Assembly: GCA_030037265.1 (NCBI GenBank) | Contig: JASHRQ010000030.1 | Location: forward strand, 1 to 37,975 | Source of the DNA: Thermoplasmata archaeon | GTDB lineage: Archaea > Thermoplasmatota > Thermoplasmata > Lutacidiplasmatales > UBA184 | Direction of reading: 5' to 3' | Length of the DNA stretch: 37,975 bases | In this document: positions 26,559 through 35,079 of the stretch, one piece after another | Layout: each line of letters opens with the position of its first letter | Position numbering within the stretch: position 1 is the stretch's first letter | The notes under the pieces: model-generated | What the model was told of the DNA's origin: nothing | The model's database searches: none | The model's input: only the letters and a program-made list of their open reading frames with translations | Position numbers and translations under genes: made by a program

Positions 26559-26694
26559 CCGGACCGCGGCTGCGGGAGTCGAGGAGAGGCCTTCGGCCTC
26601 AAAGCCCGTAGAGCTCGCAACCCCTAACAGGGGGCATGGCTAATGCCGACCTGGACGGGGACCTGAAGTTAGAAGCTCCGGAGCAGCAGAAGCA

Positions 26695-27717
26695 GTGCCC
26701 CTCGATGGGGGTGGATTGAATGTGCTGGTGCGCGTGTGCACTGTTAGACTTGGCAGGGGACATCGAGCAGGGGCCGGCTGGCTGAAGGCGTTGGCGGTTG
26801 GCTTGGGCCTTTTTGCGACGTTTGGGGCAGTGCCCGTTTCTGTTTCGGGGGGAATTGCCTCGCAGTCCTTAGAACCGCAGAATTCTCACCCCCTTTCGTC
26901 GCCAAATTTCCCTCCCCGTGTGCACTTCGGACTCACCTCAAACAACTCGTCCTTGAACAGGTCAGAGGAGTTCTCCAGCTGCTCTACCTACGTCGGAATC
27001 TACTACTGTTTCCCAGAGCAAGCATATTGGTCAAATTGTTTTCCGGATGGTCTTTATTGCTATGACACCTGGCATCTCAGCGTGGATGTTGTTGTGGCCC
27101 AGGCCCCAACCGGCTTGGGCGCAAGCTCGTCCGTCAGTCTCTGGAGTGGACTCGAGAACGAGCAGTGCTGGGGTCTGATCTCTGGGAACTGTGTGCTACT
27201 TCAGCCAATTCTGGAGTACTACGACGGTGGCATTCTCGCGTTTGCCGGAATCTGTATCGGGTCGAATGGAGGCGGAGACTGTGATACGCAGTGGTCGTAT
27301 GACACCGGTTTCTACCCTAGTGAGGGCAACACTCTGGAATTTGATATCTGGGATACATCAGCGGGGGCTGATTGTCTCAATGCCGAAGTGTTCGATTTGA
27401 CGACCGGCCAGTCCTCTGGCGGTCTGAACGACAACTGCCAGAACAACTGGGGGTGGCACATGCCGATCGCCACTTTTGCAATGGAGGATCACAACATAGA
27501 CCCTGAGTGCCCATCCAGTGATTACCCTTACGAGCCTTCTTCCGACCTGCCTCTCCCCGTCAAGTCCTCAGATCCGGGAGACTGGTTCTACTTTAGCGAT
27601 GCTAGCCTGAATCCCAACATCGTCGGAGAAAGTGACTACATCGACGGAAACTGTCTTGCCTGGGAGGCCACTTACGAGGAGCCGCAGGACTGGGAAGCGT
27701 TCAATATGCCCTCGTGA
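26695..27717 (+). CDS. Secreted Cys-rich acidic protein, glutamic-peptidase (G1/eqolisin)-like fold suspected
   Basis: Hydrophobic signal-like segment, then VV..AP, SLWSGLE, LLQPILEY, P.EGNTL, DLTTGQS, ATFAMED, C..DYP; true start uncertain. Confidence 0.65.
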   Translation: MPLDGGGLNVLVRVCTVRLGRGHRAGAGWLKALAVGLGLFATFGAVPVSVSGGIASQSLEPQNSHPLSSPNFPPRVHFGLTSNNSSLNRSEEFSSCSTYVGIYYCFPEQAYWSNCFPDGLYCYDTWHLSVDVVVAQAPTGLGASSSVSLWSGLENEQCWGLISGNCVLLQPILEYYDGGILAFAGICIGSNGGGDCDTQWSYDTGFYPSEGNTLEFDIWDTSAGADCLNAEVFDLTTGQSSGGLNDNCQNNWGWHMPIATFAMEDHNIDPECPSSDYPYEPSSDLPLPVKSSDPGDWFYFSDASLNPNIVGESDYIDGNCLAWEATYEEPQDWEAFNMPS

Positions 27718-27796
27718 AGCGCTAATTGCGGGGAAAAACGATCAAATTCAGATATTCCAATCAGCATTACCCTTGGAGTTCGAGCTAAGGAGAACT

Positions 27797-28069
27797 GTGC
27801 GCGTTTCCGCGATTCGCCTCACAATCGGCAGCTTGCTGCTGGCGCTAGGACTGTGTCTAGTTGGCCTCGCGATCCAGGCAGACTACACTTACGAGAGGAA
27901 TCTGGTTACTTGCAACACTGCGCCCTGGTGTGGCGGGCCCCCGCCGCCCGTGGGGTCGTTCCTCGTGCCTGCCGCGACGCTGATCGGTCTCGGGGCATTG
28001 GTCGTTGCTTGGGGACTGGCGCGTGTACGGCGCGAACGGCGAGGTCAAGTTAGCCCGACCGGGGCTTGA
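27797..28069 (+). CDS. Small two-TM membrane protein
   Basis: AAGGAG upstream of GTG 27797; two hydrophobic helices around a C-x5-C loop; basic tail. Confidence 0.6.
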   Translation: MRVSAIRLTIGSLLLALGLCLVGLAIQADYTYERNLVTCNTAPWCGGPPPPVGSFLVPAATLIGLGALVVAWGLARVRRERRGQVSPTGA

Positions 28070-28413
28070 CCTCTTGCCGGCTGGGGCCGAGTGGACAGGT
28101 TTCGTTATGCCAGTCAAGTCAGACGAGTGGGACCCCTACCTGTGGCCCGCTCGCGCTGCCATACGCGGCCCGAGCCCTGCCTCGGAGCCGACTCGGGAAT
28201 GACCATAGGATGCGTATGGCCATTGATAGGAGCGGGTCTCGCCCATCTGTAAGTGTGATTCGGAGGCCCGACTCGCCGAGGAGGGCACAGGTTCGCCTCG
28301 GGCGGTACGTTGACGAGAGGACGGTTTCGCGTCGGGTTGCGTGCAGCAACGTCGCCGGGGAGGCGGTACTTCGACCGCAACGGGGCCTACCCGTCGTCGA
28401 GAGAAAAATGCGG

Positions 28414-28839
28414 GTAGCAGCTCACGTTTCTGACACTCGGCTGTGAAGAGTGGAGCCGGTTCCCGGCGTATCAAAGTTAGAAATCCGGGAACCCGTTACC
28501 CTGCTGCCCGAGGGTACCCTGGGCGCGCAGGATCTGATCGTTAACCTCGAGACCGACGCCGATACCGGGCCGCTGGACCGAGAGCAACGGAAGAGGGTCG
28601 TTCGGAAGCTCCAGCGCCTCGAGGAGCTCGAGGAGGAGAATCGACGGCTAAAGTAGGAAGTCCGTCGGCTCAAGACGGCCCCTCTTCTGCTGGCCGCCTC
28701 TGATCGCACAGAGGAGGCCGGCGGGGCGCCGTCGAGTCGGGCCTTCTACCGACGCCCCCGGCCCGAGGGGAACGCGCTCCGCTCAGGGGGTCAGCTCAAC
28801 TTGGCCGCAGGGGTCAGCCGGCCGTCCGAGATCGTGTAG
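28414..28839 (+). pseudogene. IS66-family transposase N-terminal remnant
   Basis: Coiled coil LQRLEELEEENRRLK*EVRRLK (in-frame TAG 28654-28656), then PSS..YRRPRP...GGQ; possible left end GTAGCAGCTCAC at 28414. Confidence 0.55.
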
Positions 28840-28875
28840 CCACAATGGGCCGGGCTATGGAGACGGGCGTGGCGC

Positions 28876-29130
28876 CTACCACTTTGAAAGGAATCCACCC
28901 AATCGGAACTTCGTGAACACTCCGGCCGATAGTCCGTCCATCCGCTCGAGAACCAGTCGGGGCCATCCCTCGGGGGTCCGAACCAAAACCAGCTTGATCC
29001 CGTCCAGCGCCGCCATCAGTCGCTTGACCGTCAATCCCTCCGCGCCGAACTCCCACAGGAGAAAGCGCACCAGGAGCAACTCGAGGACGCACAGGAAGAC
29101 GTGGCCGGGCACCGACCCCCCGATCGGACC
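28876..29130 (-). pseudogene. IS1634-like transposase C-terminal fragment
   Basis: V.GHVFLCVL.LLL...LT..RLM..LDGIKLV; no upstream catalytic core. Confidence 0.6.
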
Positions 29131-29630
29131 CAGACCGGGTTCACGCTCATCACGTGGCGGTCCTTCAGCCAGCGCCAATCGAGGCCGCGCGTCAGGACGG
29201 GAAGTATGCCCTCCTCTGCACCGACCCGCGCCTGTCGGCGCGGGAAGTGGTGGAGCAGTATCTGGGGAAGGGCTTCGTGGAGAAGGGATTCCGGACATGG
29301 AAGAGCGGGATCGAGGAGGAGCCGGACCGCCATCGGCACCGGCGGCGGGTGCGGGCGTATCTGATCGTGTGCAACTTGGCCTGTCGCCTAGAGATGGCGC
29401 TGCGGTGGAGGCTGCTCAAGGGTCGGGTGAAGCTACCGGACGTGGGGGCGTATCAGGAACGACTGCTGGAGGATCTGAGCCGGGTGGAGCGAGCCGAAGT
29501 CCGTATCGGAGCGCAATCTCGTACGCGGTGTCTGAACGTCACCGGCCACATCCAAGATGCGCTTCGGCCGCTGAAAACTGCTCAACTCCTCGAGGAGAAA
29601 CCTCGAGAACCGACACCCGCGATCGTGTAG
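29125..29630 (+). pseudogene. IS1634-family transposase C-terminal fragment (frameshifted)
   Basis: GFTL.W / DGKYALLCTD.LSAREVVEQY....VEKGFRTWKS...P.RH...RVRAYL.VC.LA. Confidence 0.75.
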
Positions 29631-29700
29631 GTGCGAAACCGACTTCGCCGTTCGGGTCGAGAGAGCTCGTCCAGACGCTCGCCGATCGGGGGCCAGGCCC

Positions 29701-29963
29701 GTGGTGGACCTGAAAGTCAACATCACCTCGTGCCCCGAGGAGCATCCCGCATGGCGGGCGATGGTGGTAGACCGGGGCCCCCACCGACCGGGGCTGCGGT
29801 GCCGCTACCTCCGTCGGGCCGCGGTGGAGGTTGTCTTCGAAGAGTTCAAGGCGCGACTCGGATAACACGTGCGGTGTCGGAGGGGGGAGCCTGTTGTGCG
29901 GAGCTGCTTCCTCAGGTTGTGGATCGGAACATCGGCATCGCGGTCTACCGGGACGACCCGTGA
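29701..29963 (+). pseudogene. IS4/IS5-type DDE transposase C-terminal remnant
   Basis: RYLRRAAVEVVFEEFKARLG* (YREK-like), then HVRCRR and, after a frameshift, ELL..VV.RNI. Confidence 0.55.
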
Positions 29964-30026
29964 CCTTCTCGGCGACGCTCGAACCGCCGCGGCGAGGCTA
30001 AGCGGCCCCGGGGCCTCCCGGCGCCG

Positions 30027-30680
30027 ATGGACGGGACCGCGGGGCTCGACCTCCCGACCGGCACCGTCGCCGTCCGGCTCGCCCGTCGCGCGGTGGAGAC
30101 CGCGACCGGCCCGGCGCTGCCGGACGACGCCGCGCGGCTGCTCGAGGGGCTCGCGCTGCCGTCGATCTTCGACGAGCCGCGGGGCGCCTTCACTACGTTG
30201 AAGCTGCATCCGTCCGGCCGGCTCCGCGGCTGCATCGGCTTCCCGCTGCCGGCGTTCCCGCTCGGCGTGGCGGTCGCCCGGTCCGCCGCGGCCGCGGCGA
30301 CGGAGGACCCGCGCTTCCCACCGGTCTCGTCGGAGGAGGCCGGGCGGCTCACCGTCGAGGTGTCGATCCTGACGCCCCCCGAGCGGCTGCCGGCCCGGCG
30401 CCCGCGCGACCGCGTCCAGGACGTCCGCGTCGGCCGGGACGGGCTCGTGGTCCGGTGGGGCGGCGCCGACGGACTCCTCCTCCCGCAGGTCGCGCTCGAG
30501 GAGCGGTGGGGGGCGGAGGAGTTCCTCGCCGAGACCTGCCTCAAGGCGGGGCTGCCGGCCGACGCGTGGCTCCGGCCGGACGCCCAGGTGTTCCGGTTCG
30601 GCTCGACGGTCTTCGCCGAGCGCTCCCCCCGCGGGCCCGTGCGCGCGGTCCCGCTCGGGGGGGACGCGCCGACGGCCTGA
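30027..30680 (+). CDS. AMMECR1-domain protein
   Basis: GAFTTL, LRGCIG, AA.EDPRF, VEVSILT, GRDGL, GLLLPQVA.E, CLKAGL. Confidence 0.93.
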   Translation: MDGTAGLDLPTGTVAVRLARRAVETATGPALPDDAARLLEGLALPSIFDEPRGAFTTLKLHPSGRLRGCIGFPLPAFPLGVAVARSAAAAATEDPRFPPVSSEEAGRLTVEVSILTPPERLPARRPRDRVQDVRVGRDGLVVRWGGADGLLLPQVALEERWGAEEFLAETCLKAGLPADAWLRPDAQVFRFGSTVFAERSPRGPVRAVPLGGDAPTA

Positions 30681-30686
30681 GCCCGG

Positions 30687-33665
30687 CTACGCGGGCGCCG
30701 GGAGCGGCACGAGCCGGGCGCCGAGCCACCGGCCGTCGAGCTCCCACCGGAGGGCGTCCGGCGGCGGGTCCCCGTCGAGCACGGCGACCGGTCCGGCGGC
30801 GAGCAGCTCGCGCCCGAGCGTCTCCGACGCCGAGCGGAGCACCTCGGCGAGCTCGTCCCGCGCCCAGAGCGTGAGCTCGATCCGGTCCGTGAACCGGAGC
30901 CGGCGGTCCTTCCGCGCCTGCTGCAGCCGCCGGAGGCTCTCGCGGAGGAGCCCCTCGCGCCGGAGCTCCGGCGTCGTCGCGCGCGGCAGGAGCGCGACCC
31001 AGCCGCGCCCGTCGTCCCGCCGGACCCAGCCGGGGTCGGGGTAGTCGTCCGGCGCGGTCGTCGACTCGAACCGCACCGCCTTCACGTTGAGCTCGTCCCG
31101 GAGCAGCTCGAGCCCCGCCTCGCCCAGCCCGACGCACGGCGGCGGCTCGGCCCGTCGCACGACGAGGACGGGGAGCGGCGTCCGCGAGCGGACCCCCGCG
31201 CGCTGGCGGAGCTCGCGCCCGACCTCGACCCACTCGCGGAGGTCGGCCATCCGGTGGTCGAGCTCGGCGTCCCCGGAGGTCGGGGCGACCGGCCAGGCGG
31301 CGAGGTGGACCGACCGCTCGCCGTCCGCCCCGCGCGCGCCCGACAGCTCCTGGTACAGGTGCTCCGCGAGGAACGGCGCGAGGGGGGCCAGGAGATGGGC
31401 GAGCGTGTACAGCGCGTACGAGAGCGTCGCGTCCGCGTGGCGCCGGTCCGCGCGGTCGGCGTCGCTCCAGAACCGGGGCCGCGAGCGGCGGAGGTACCAG
31501 GTGCTCAGGTCGTCGACGAACCCGGCGACCGCCGCGGCGGCCGCGTGCGTCTCGTAGACGTCCAGCGCGTCCGTCACCTCCTCGGTGAGCCCGTCGAGGC
31601 GCGACAGGAGCCACCGGTCGAGCAGGTGCACCGGGGCCGGGCGCGCGAGCGTGGGCGCGATCCCGTCGGCGTCGGCGTTCGTCCGGTAGAACTCGTGGAC
31701 GTGGAGGAGCGTGCCGAGCGTCCGCTGCGCCGAGAACCGGATCGCGTGCGGGGAGACCCGGGCGGAGCCCGTGTAGTCGCCGGCGTAGAACGCCCACCGG
31801 ACCGCGTCCCCCCCGACGTCGTCGAGGAGCGCGACCGGGTCGAGGGCGTTCCCCTTCGACTTCGACATCTTCTGCCCCTCGTCGTCGAGCACGAGCCCGT
31901 TCACGAGGCAGGTCCGGAAGGCCGGCCGGTCGAACAGCGCCGTCGCGAGGACGTGGAGGGTGTAGAACCAGCCGCGCGTCTGGTCGAGCCCCTCGCTGAC
32001 GTAGTCGAGCGGCTCGGTGGGCGCGAACGGCCCCGGCTCGAACGGGTAGTGGTACTGGGCGAACGGCGCCGCGCCGCTGTCGTACCAGGCGTCGATCGTG
32101 TACGGCTCGCGCACGGCCTCGACGCCGCACGTGGGGCACGGGAACCGGATCGGGTCCACCGAGACCCGGTGCGGGTCGAACCCGGCGGGGAGCGGCGCCC
32201 CGCGGAGGCGGCCCAGCTCCTCGAAGCTCCCGACGCAGGTGGCGTGGCCGCCGGGGCAGCGCCAGACCGGGAGCGGCGTGCCCCAGTACCGGTTGCGCGA
32301 GAGCGCCCAGTCCTTCGCCTCGTCGAGGAAGTTGCCGAAGCGGCCGTGCTGGATGTGGGCCGGGATCCAGCGCACCTGCTCGTTCGAGCGGACGAGCGCG
32401 TCCCGGAGGCGCGAGCTCCGGACGAACCACGAGTCGACGGCCCGGTACAGGAGCGGGGTCGCGCAGCGCCAGCAGGTCGGATACGTGTGGCGGATCCGCT
32501 CCTCCCGCACGAGCGCCCCGGAGGACCGGAGCGCGTCGAGCAGCACCGGGTCGGCCGCCTTGAACCCCTGCCCCGCGACGATCGGCACCGCGTCGGTGAA
32601 CGCGCCCGAGGCGTCGAGCGGGTCGAACAGCCCCACGCCCTCCCGCTCGCCGATCCGGTAGTCGTCGGGCCCGTACGCCGGCGCGACGTGGACGAGCCCG
32701 GTCCCCTCGGTCTCCCCGACGAAGTCGTCGAGGACGACCCGGTACCGGCGGTCGCCGGGACCCGCGTACGGGAAGAGGGGCGCGTACGCGAGCCCGTCGA
32801 GCTCGCGGCCCGGGTACCGCCGGAGCACCTCGGGAGCGGCGGGGAAGTACCGCGCGAGCGCCCCCTCGGCGACGAGGTACTCGTGTCCGTCCGGTCCCTT
32901 CACGCCCACGTACTCGAGGTCGGCGCGGGCGGCGACGAGGAGGTTCGCGGGGAGGGTCCACGGGGTGGTCGTCCAGACGAGCAGGTGACGGGGGGTCCCG
33001 TCCGGCGCCGCCGAGAGGTCGAGGCGGACGGTCACCGACGGGTCGGTGAGCTCGCGGTACCCCTGGGCCACCTCGTGGGAGGAGACCGGCGTCGCGCAGC
33101 GGGGGCAGTACGGGAGGCTGTAGTGCCCGCGGAACAGGAGCCCCCGGTCGAACAGCACCTTGAGCGACCACCAGACGCTCTCGATGTACCGCGGGTCCAT
33201 CGTCTCGTACGGCCGGTCGTAGTCGAGCCAGTAGCCGATCCGCTGGCTCATCGCCTTCCAGTGCCCGACGTACTCGAACACGCTCGCGCGGCACTCGTCG
33301 CAGAACTTCTCGACGCCGTACGCCTCGATCTCCCGCTTCGACCGGAAGCGGTGCGCCTTCTCGACCTCGAGCTCGACCGGGAGCCCGTGGCAGTCCCAGC
33401 CGGCCATCGCGGTCACGACGCGGAAGCCGCGCATCCGGCGGTACCGGAGCGGCACGTCCTTGAGCGCGCGCGTGAGCGCGGACCCGAGGTGCGGCCGGCC
33501 GTTCGCCGTCGGGGGGCCCTCGGTGAACCGGAACACCGGCCGGTCGGGGGCGTCCCGGAGCGCGCGGGCGACCACGCCGTGGTCCGCCCAGAACCGCTCC
33601 ACCGACCGCTGGATCTCCCGCAGCCGGCGCCCCGGGGTCGGCGGGGCCTCCTCGTCGGTCGCCAC
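30687..33665 (-). CDS. ileS: Isoleucine--tRNA ligase (archaeal/eukaryal type)
   Basis: EGPPTANG.PHLGS, GWDCHGLPVE, WTTTPWTLPAN, GTGLVH.AP.YG.DD, DWALSRNRYWG, EGLDQTRGWFY, KMSKS (31857-31871). Confidence 0.96.
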   Translation of the reverse strand: MATDEEAPPTPGRRLREIQRSVERFWADHGVVARALRDAPDRPVFRFTEGPPTANGRPHLGSALTRALKDVPLRYRRMRGFRVVTAMAGWDCHGLPVELEVEKAHRFRSKREIEAYGVEKFCDECRASVFEYVGHWKAMSQRIGYWLDYDRPYETMDPRYIESVWWSLKVLFDRGLLFRGHYSLPYCPRCATPVSSHEVAQGYRELTDPSVTVRLDLSAAPDGTPRHLLVWTTTPWTLPANLLVAARADLEYVGVKGPDGHEYLVAEGALARYFPAAPEVLRRYPGRELDGLAYAPLFPYAGPGDRRYRVVLDDFVGETEGTGLVHVAPAYGPDDYRIGEREGVGLFDPLDASGAFTDAVPIVAGQGFKAADPVLLDALRSSGALVREERIRHTYPTCWRCATPLLYRAVDSWFVRSSRLRDALVRSNEQVRWIPAHIQHGRFGNFLDEAKDWALSRNRYWGTPLPVWRCPGGHATCVGSFEELGRLRGAPLPAGFDPHRVSVDPIRFPCPTCGVEAVREPYTIDAWYDSGAAPFAQYHYPFEPGPFAPTEPLDYVSEGLDQTRGWFYTLHVLATALFDRPAFRTCLVNGLVLDDEGQKMSKSKGNALDPVALLDDVGGDAVRWAFYAGDYTGSARVSPHAIRFSAQRTLGTLLHVHEFYRTNADADGIAPTLARPAPVHLLDRWLLSRLDGLTEEVTDALDVYETHAAAAAVAGFVDDLSTWYLRRSRPRFWSDADRADRRHADATLSYALYTLAHLLAPLAPFLAEHLYQELSGARGADGERSVHLAAWPVAPTSGDAELDHRMADLREWVEVGRELRQRAGVRSRTPLPVLVVRRAEPPPCVGLGEAGLELLRDELNVKAVRFESTTAPDDYPDPGWVRRDDGRGWVALLPRATTPELRREGLLRESLRRLQQARKDRRLRFTDRIELTLWARDELAEVLRSASETLGRELLAAGPVAVLDGDPPPDALRWELDGRWLGARLVPLPAPA

Positions 33666-33722
33666 GGCCGGCCGCCAGCCCCGGGGGGGCCATATAGGCG
33701 AGCCCGGACGCGCGGCGGCGGG

Positions 33723-34538
33723 TCAGCGCGTGAGCCCGTACGGCGGCGGCGTCTCGGACTCCGGGCCGACGTGGGCGGTCTTGTGCCGCTCGACGATCGT
33801 GCCCTCGTACGACTGGACGTGGCTGTTCGGTCCCAGCCAGATCCGCTCGGCGCGGAGGAACTGCACGCGGACGTCCGAGAGCCGGGCCTCCGTCGCCTCG
33901 ATCCGCTCGACCTCGAGGTCGCGCCACGGGGGCGGCGGCAGGAACGGGATCGGGAACGGCAGCGGGAGGCGGGCCCGCGCGGCGCGGAGCTCCACCTGCG
34001 GCGCGACGATCTCGGTCACCGTCGACCGGTCGCCGATCGCCCCGACCACGCTGCGCGCGGCGAGCCGGCCTCGGATCGACACCCGGCCCTCGAAGGCGAA
34101 GACGTCGGCGCGCACGTTCCCCTCCGTGCGGAAGCCGCCGCGGACGTCGCACAGGCCCGAGAGCTCGGTCGGCCCCTTCACGTCGGCGCTCCCCGCGACG
34201 CGGAGCTCGACGCCGGCGACCGCGCCGCCGACCGAGAGCGAGCCCCGGACGGCGAGGCTCCCGTACACCCGGACGTCCCGGTCGACTCGGAGGCTCCCCA
34301 CCACCTCGCCCTTCCGGAGCGCGAGCGGGCCCCCGACCGTGACGACGCCGCGGAGGTCGGCCACGGCGACCTCGACGGCGCCCGTCACCTTCGTCGTGCC
34401 GCGCGCCGTCCACTGGACCGCGCGCACCGAGCTCCAGCGCGCGGCGCCGGTGGAGCGCACGGAGCCGGTGAGCAGCGTTCCCTCGCCCGCCGCGGGGGCG
34501 GGCGCCGGGCCGCCGGAAGGGGGGACTGCGGTCGCCAC
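33723..34538 (-). CDS. Bactofilin-like (polymer-forming cytoskeletal) beta-helix protein
   Basis: Repeated V-x-G strands; C-terminus LEVERIEA..A.L..VR....RAERIWLGPNSHV resembles YhbE/YhbF-type proteins; GTG 34538 preferred. Confidence 0.65.
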   Translation of the reverse strand: MATAVPPSGGPAPAPAAGEGTLLTGSVRSTGAARWSSVRAVQWTARGTTKVTGAVEVAVADLRGVVTVGGPLALRKGEVVGSLRVDRDVRVYGSLAVRGSLSVGGAVAGVELRVAGSADVKGPTELSGLCDVRGGFRTEGNVRADVFAFEGRVSIRGRLAARSVVGAIGDRSTVTEIVAPQVELRAARARLPLPFPIPFLPPPPWRDLEVERIEATEARLSDVRVQFLRAERIWLGPNSHVQSYEGTIVERHKTAHVGPESETPPPYGLTR

Positions 34539-34567
34539 GGTCGTCGCGCGGACCGAATCCCGTCGGT

Positions 34568-35026
34568 TCAAGAGTTTTCGCGTGGGTCGGGCCCCGTCGC
34601 CGGGCCGACCGGCCCGATCCGGAGCCGCCGGTGCTGGACCATGATGCACGTGTCCTCGAACACCGGGACGCCGCGCTCCCGGGCGAGCCGGGCGGCCGCC
34701 TCGTTCCGCACGCCGAGCTGCATCCAGACCGCCTTGGCGCCGCGGGCGAGGGCGGCCCGGACCGGCGCTTCGACCTCCTCGCCGCGCCGGAACAGGTCGA
34801 CGATGTCGAGCGACCGGTCCGCGGGGATCGCGTCGATCGAGGGGTACGACCGCTCGCCCAGCACCTCGGCGACGTTCGGGTTCACCGGGACGATGCGGTA
34901 CCCCTGGCGCTGCAGGTAGCGCGCGATCTCGTTGGAGTCCCGCTCGGGCTTGTCGGAGAGGCCGACCACCACGATCGTCCGCGCCGCGCGGAGCACGCGC
35001 GCCATCGACTCGTCCGCGCCCGCCAT
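34568..35026 (-). CDS. CoA-binding protein (YccU-like)
   Basis: TIVVVGLSDKPERDS, GYRIVPVNP, DIVDLFR, VWMQLG, DTCIMV. Confidence 0.92.
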   Translation of the reverse strand: MAGADESMARVLRAARTIVVVGLSDKPERDSNEIARYLQRQGYRIVPVNPNVAEVLGERSYPSIDAIPADRSLDIVDLFRRGEEVEAPVRAALARGAKAVWMQLGVRNEAAARLARERGVPVFEDTCIMVQHRRLRIGPVGPATGPDPRENS

Positions 35027-35079
35027 CGCGTCCCCGAACGGCCGGAGGGGGTAAAGGGCTCTCGGGGGGGTCGGGCCGA

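Larger units (their letters stand above)
26580..29970. mobile_element. Low-GC accessory island with transposase debris
   Basis: Hand-counted 60-nt lines: 24/60 GC at 27001 and 27721 versus 49/60 at 2881; atypical codon usage; several IS fragments; boundaries approximate. Confidence 0.8.

Noticed and set aside
28066-28446. Short ORFs on both strands in the middle of the island
   Set aside because: No motif, RBS or compositional support; probably decayed sequence.
28654-28656. In-frame TAG as possible pyrrolysine or readthrough codon
   Set aside because: It lies in a truncated transposase remnant among other decayed fragments; a nonsense mutation is simpler, and no pyl genes are in the window.
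26564-29993. CCGCGGC at both island edges as a possible target-site duplication
   Set aside because: A 7-bp all-GC word is expected by chance at this base composition.
30541-34919. Very long alternative ORFs (1290 aa, 1221 aa) and many similar Arg/Pro/Gly-rich ORFs across the window
   Set aside because: Shadow frames of real genes in a very GC-rich genome where stop codons are rare; no recognisable motifs.
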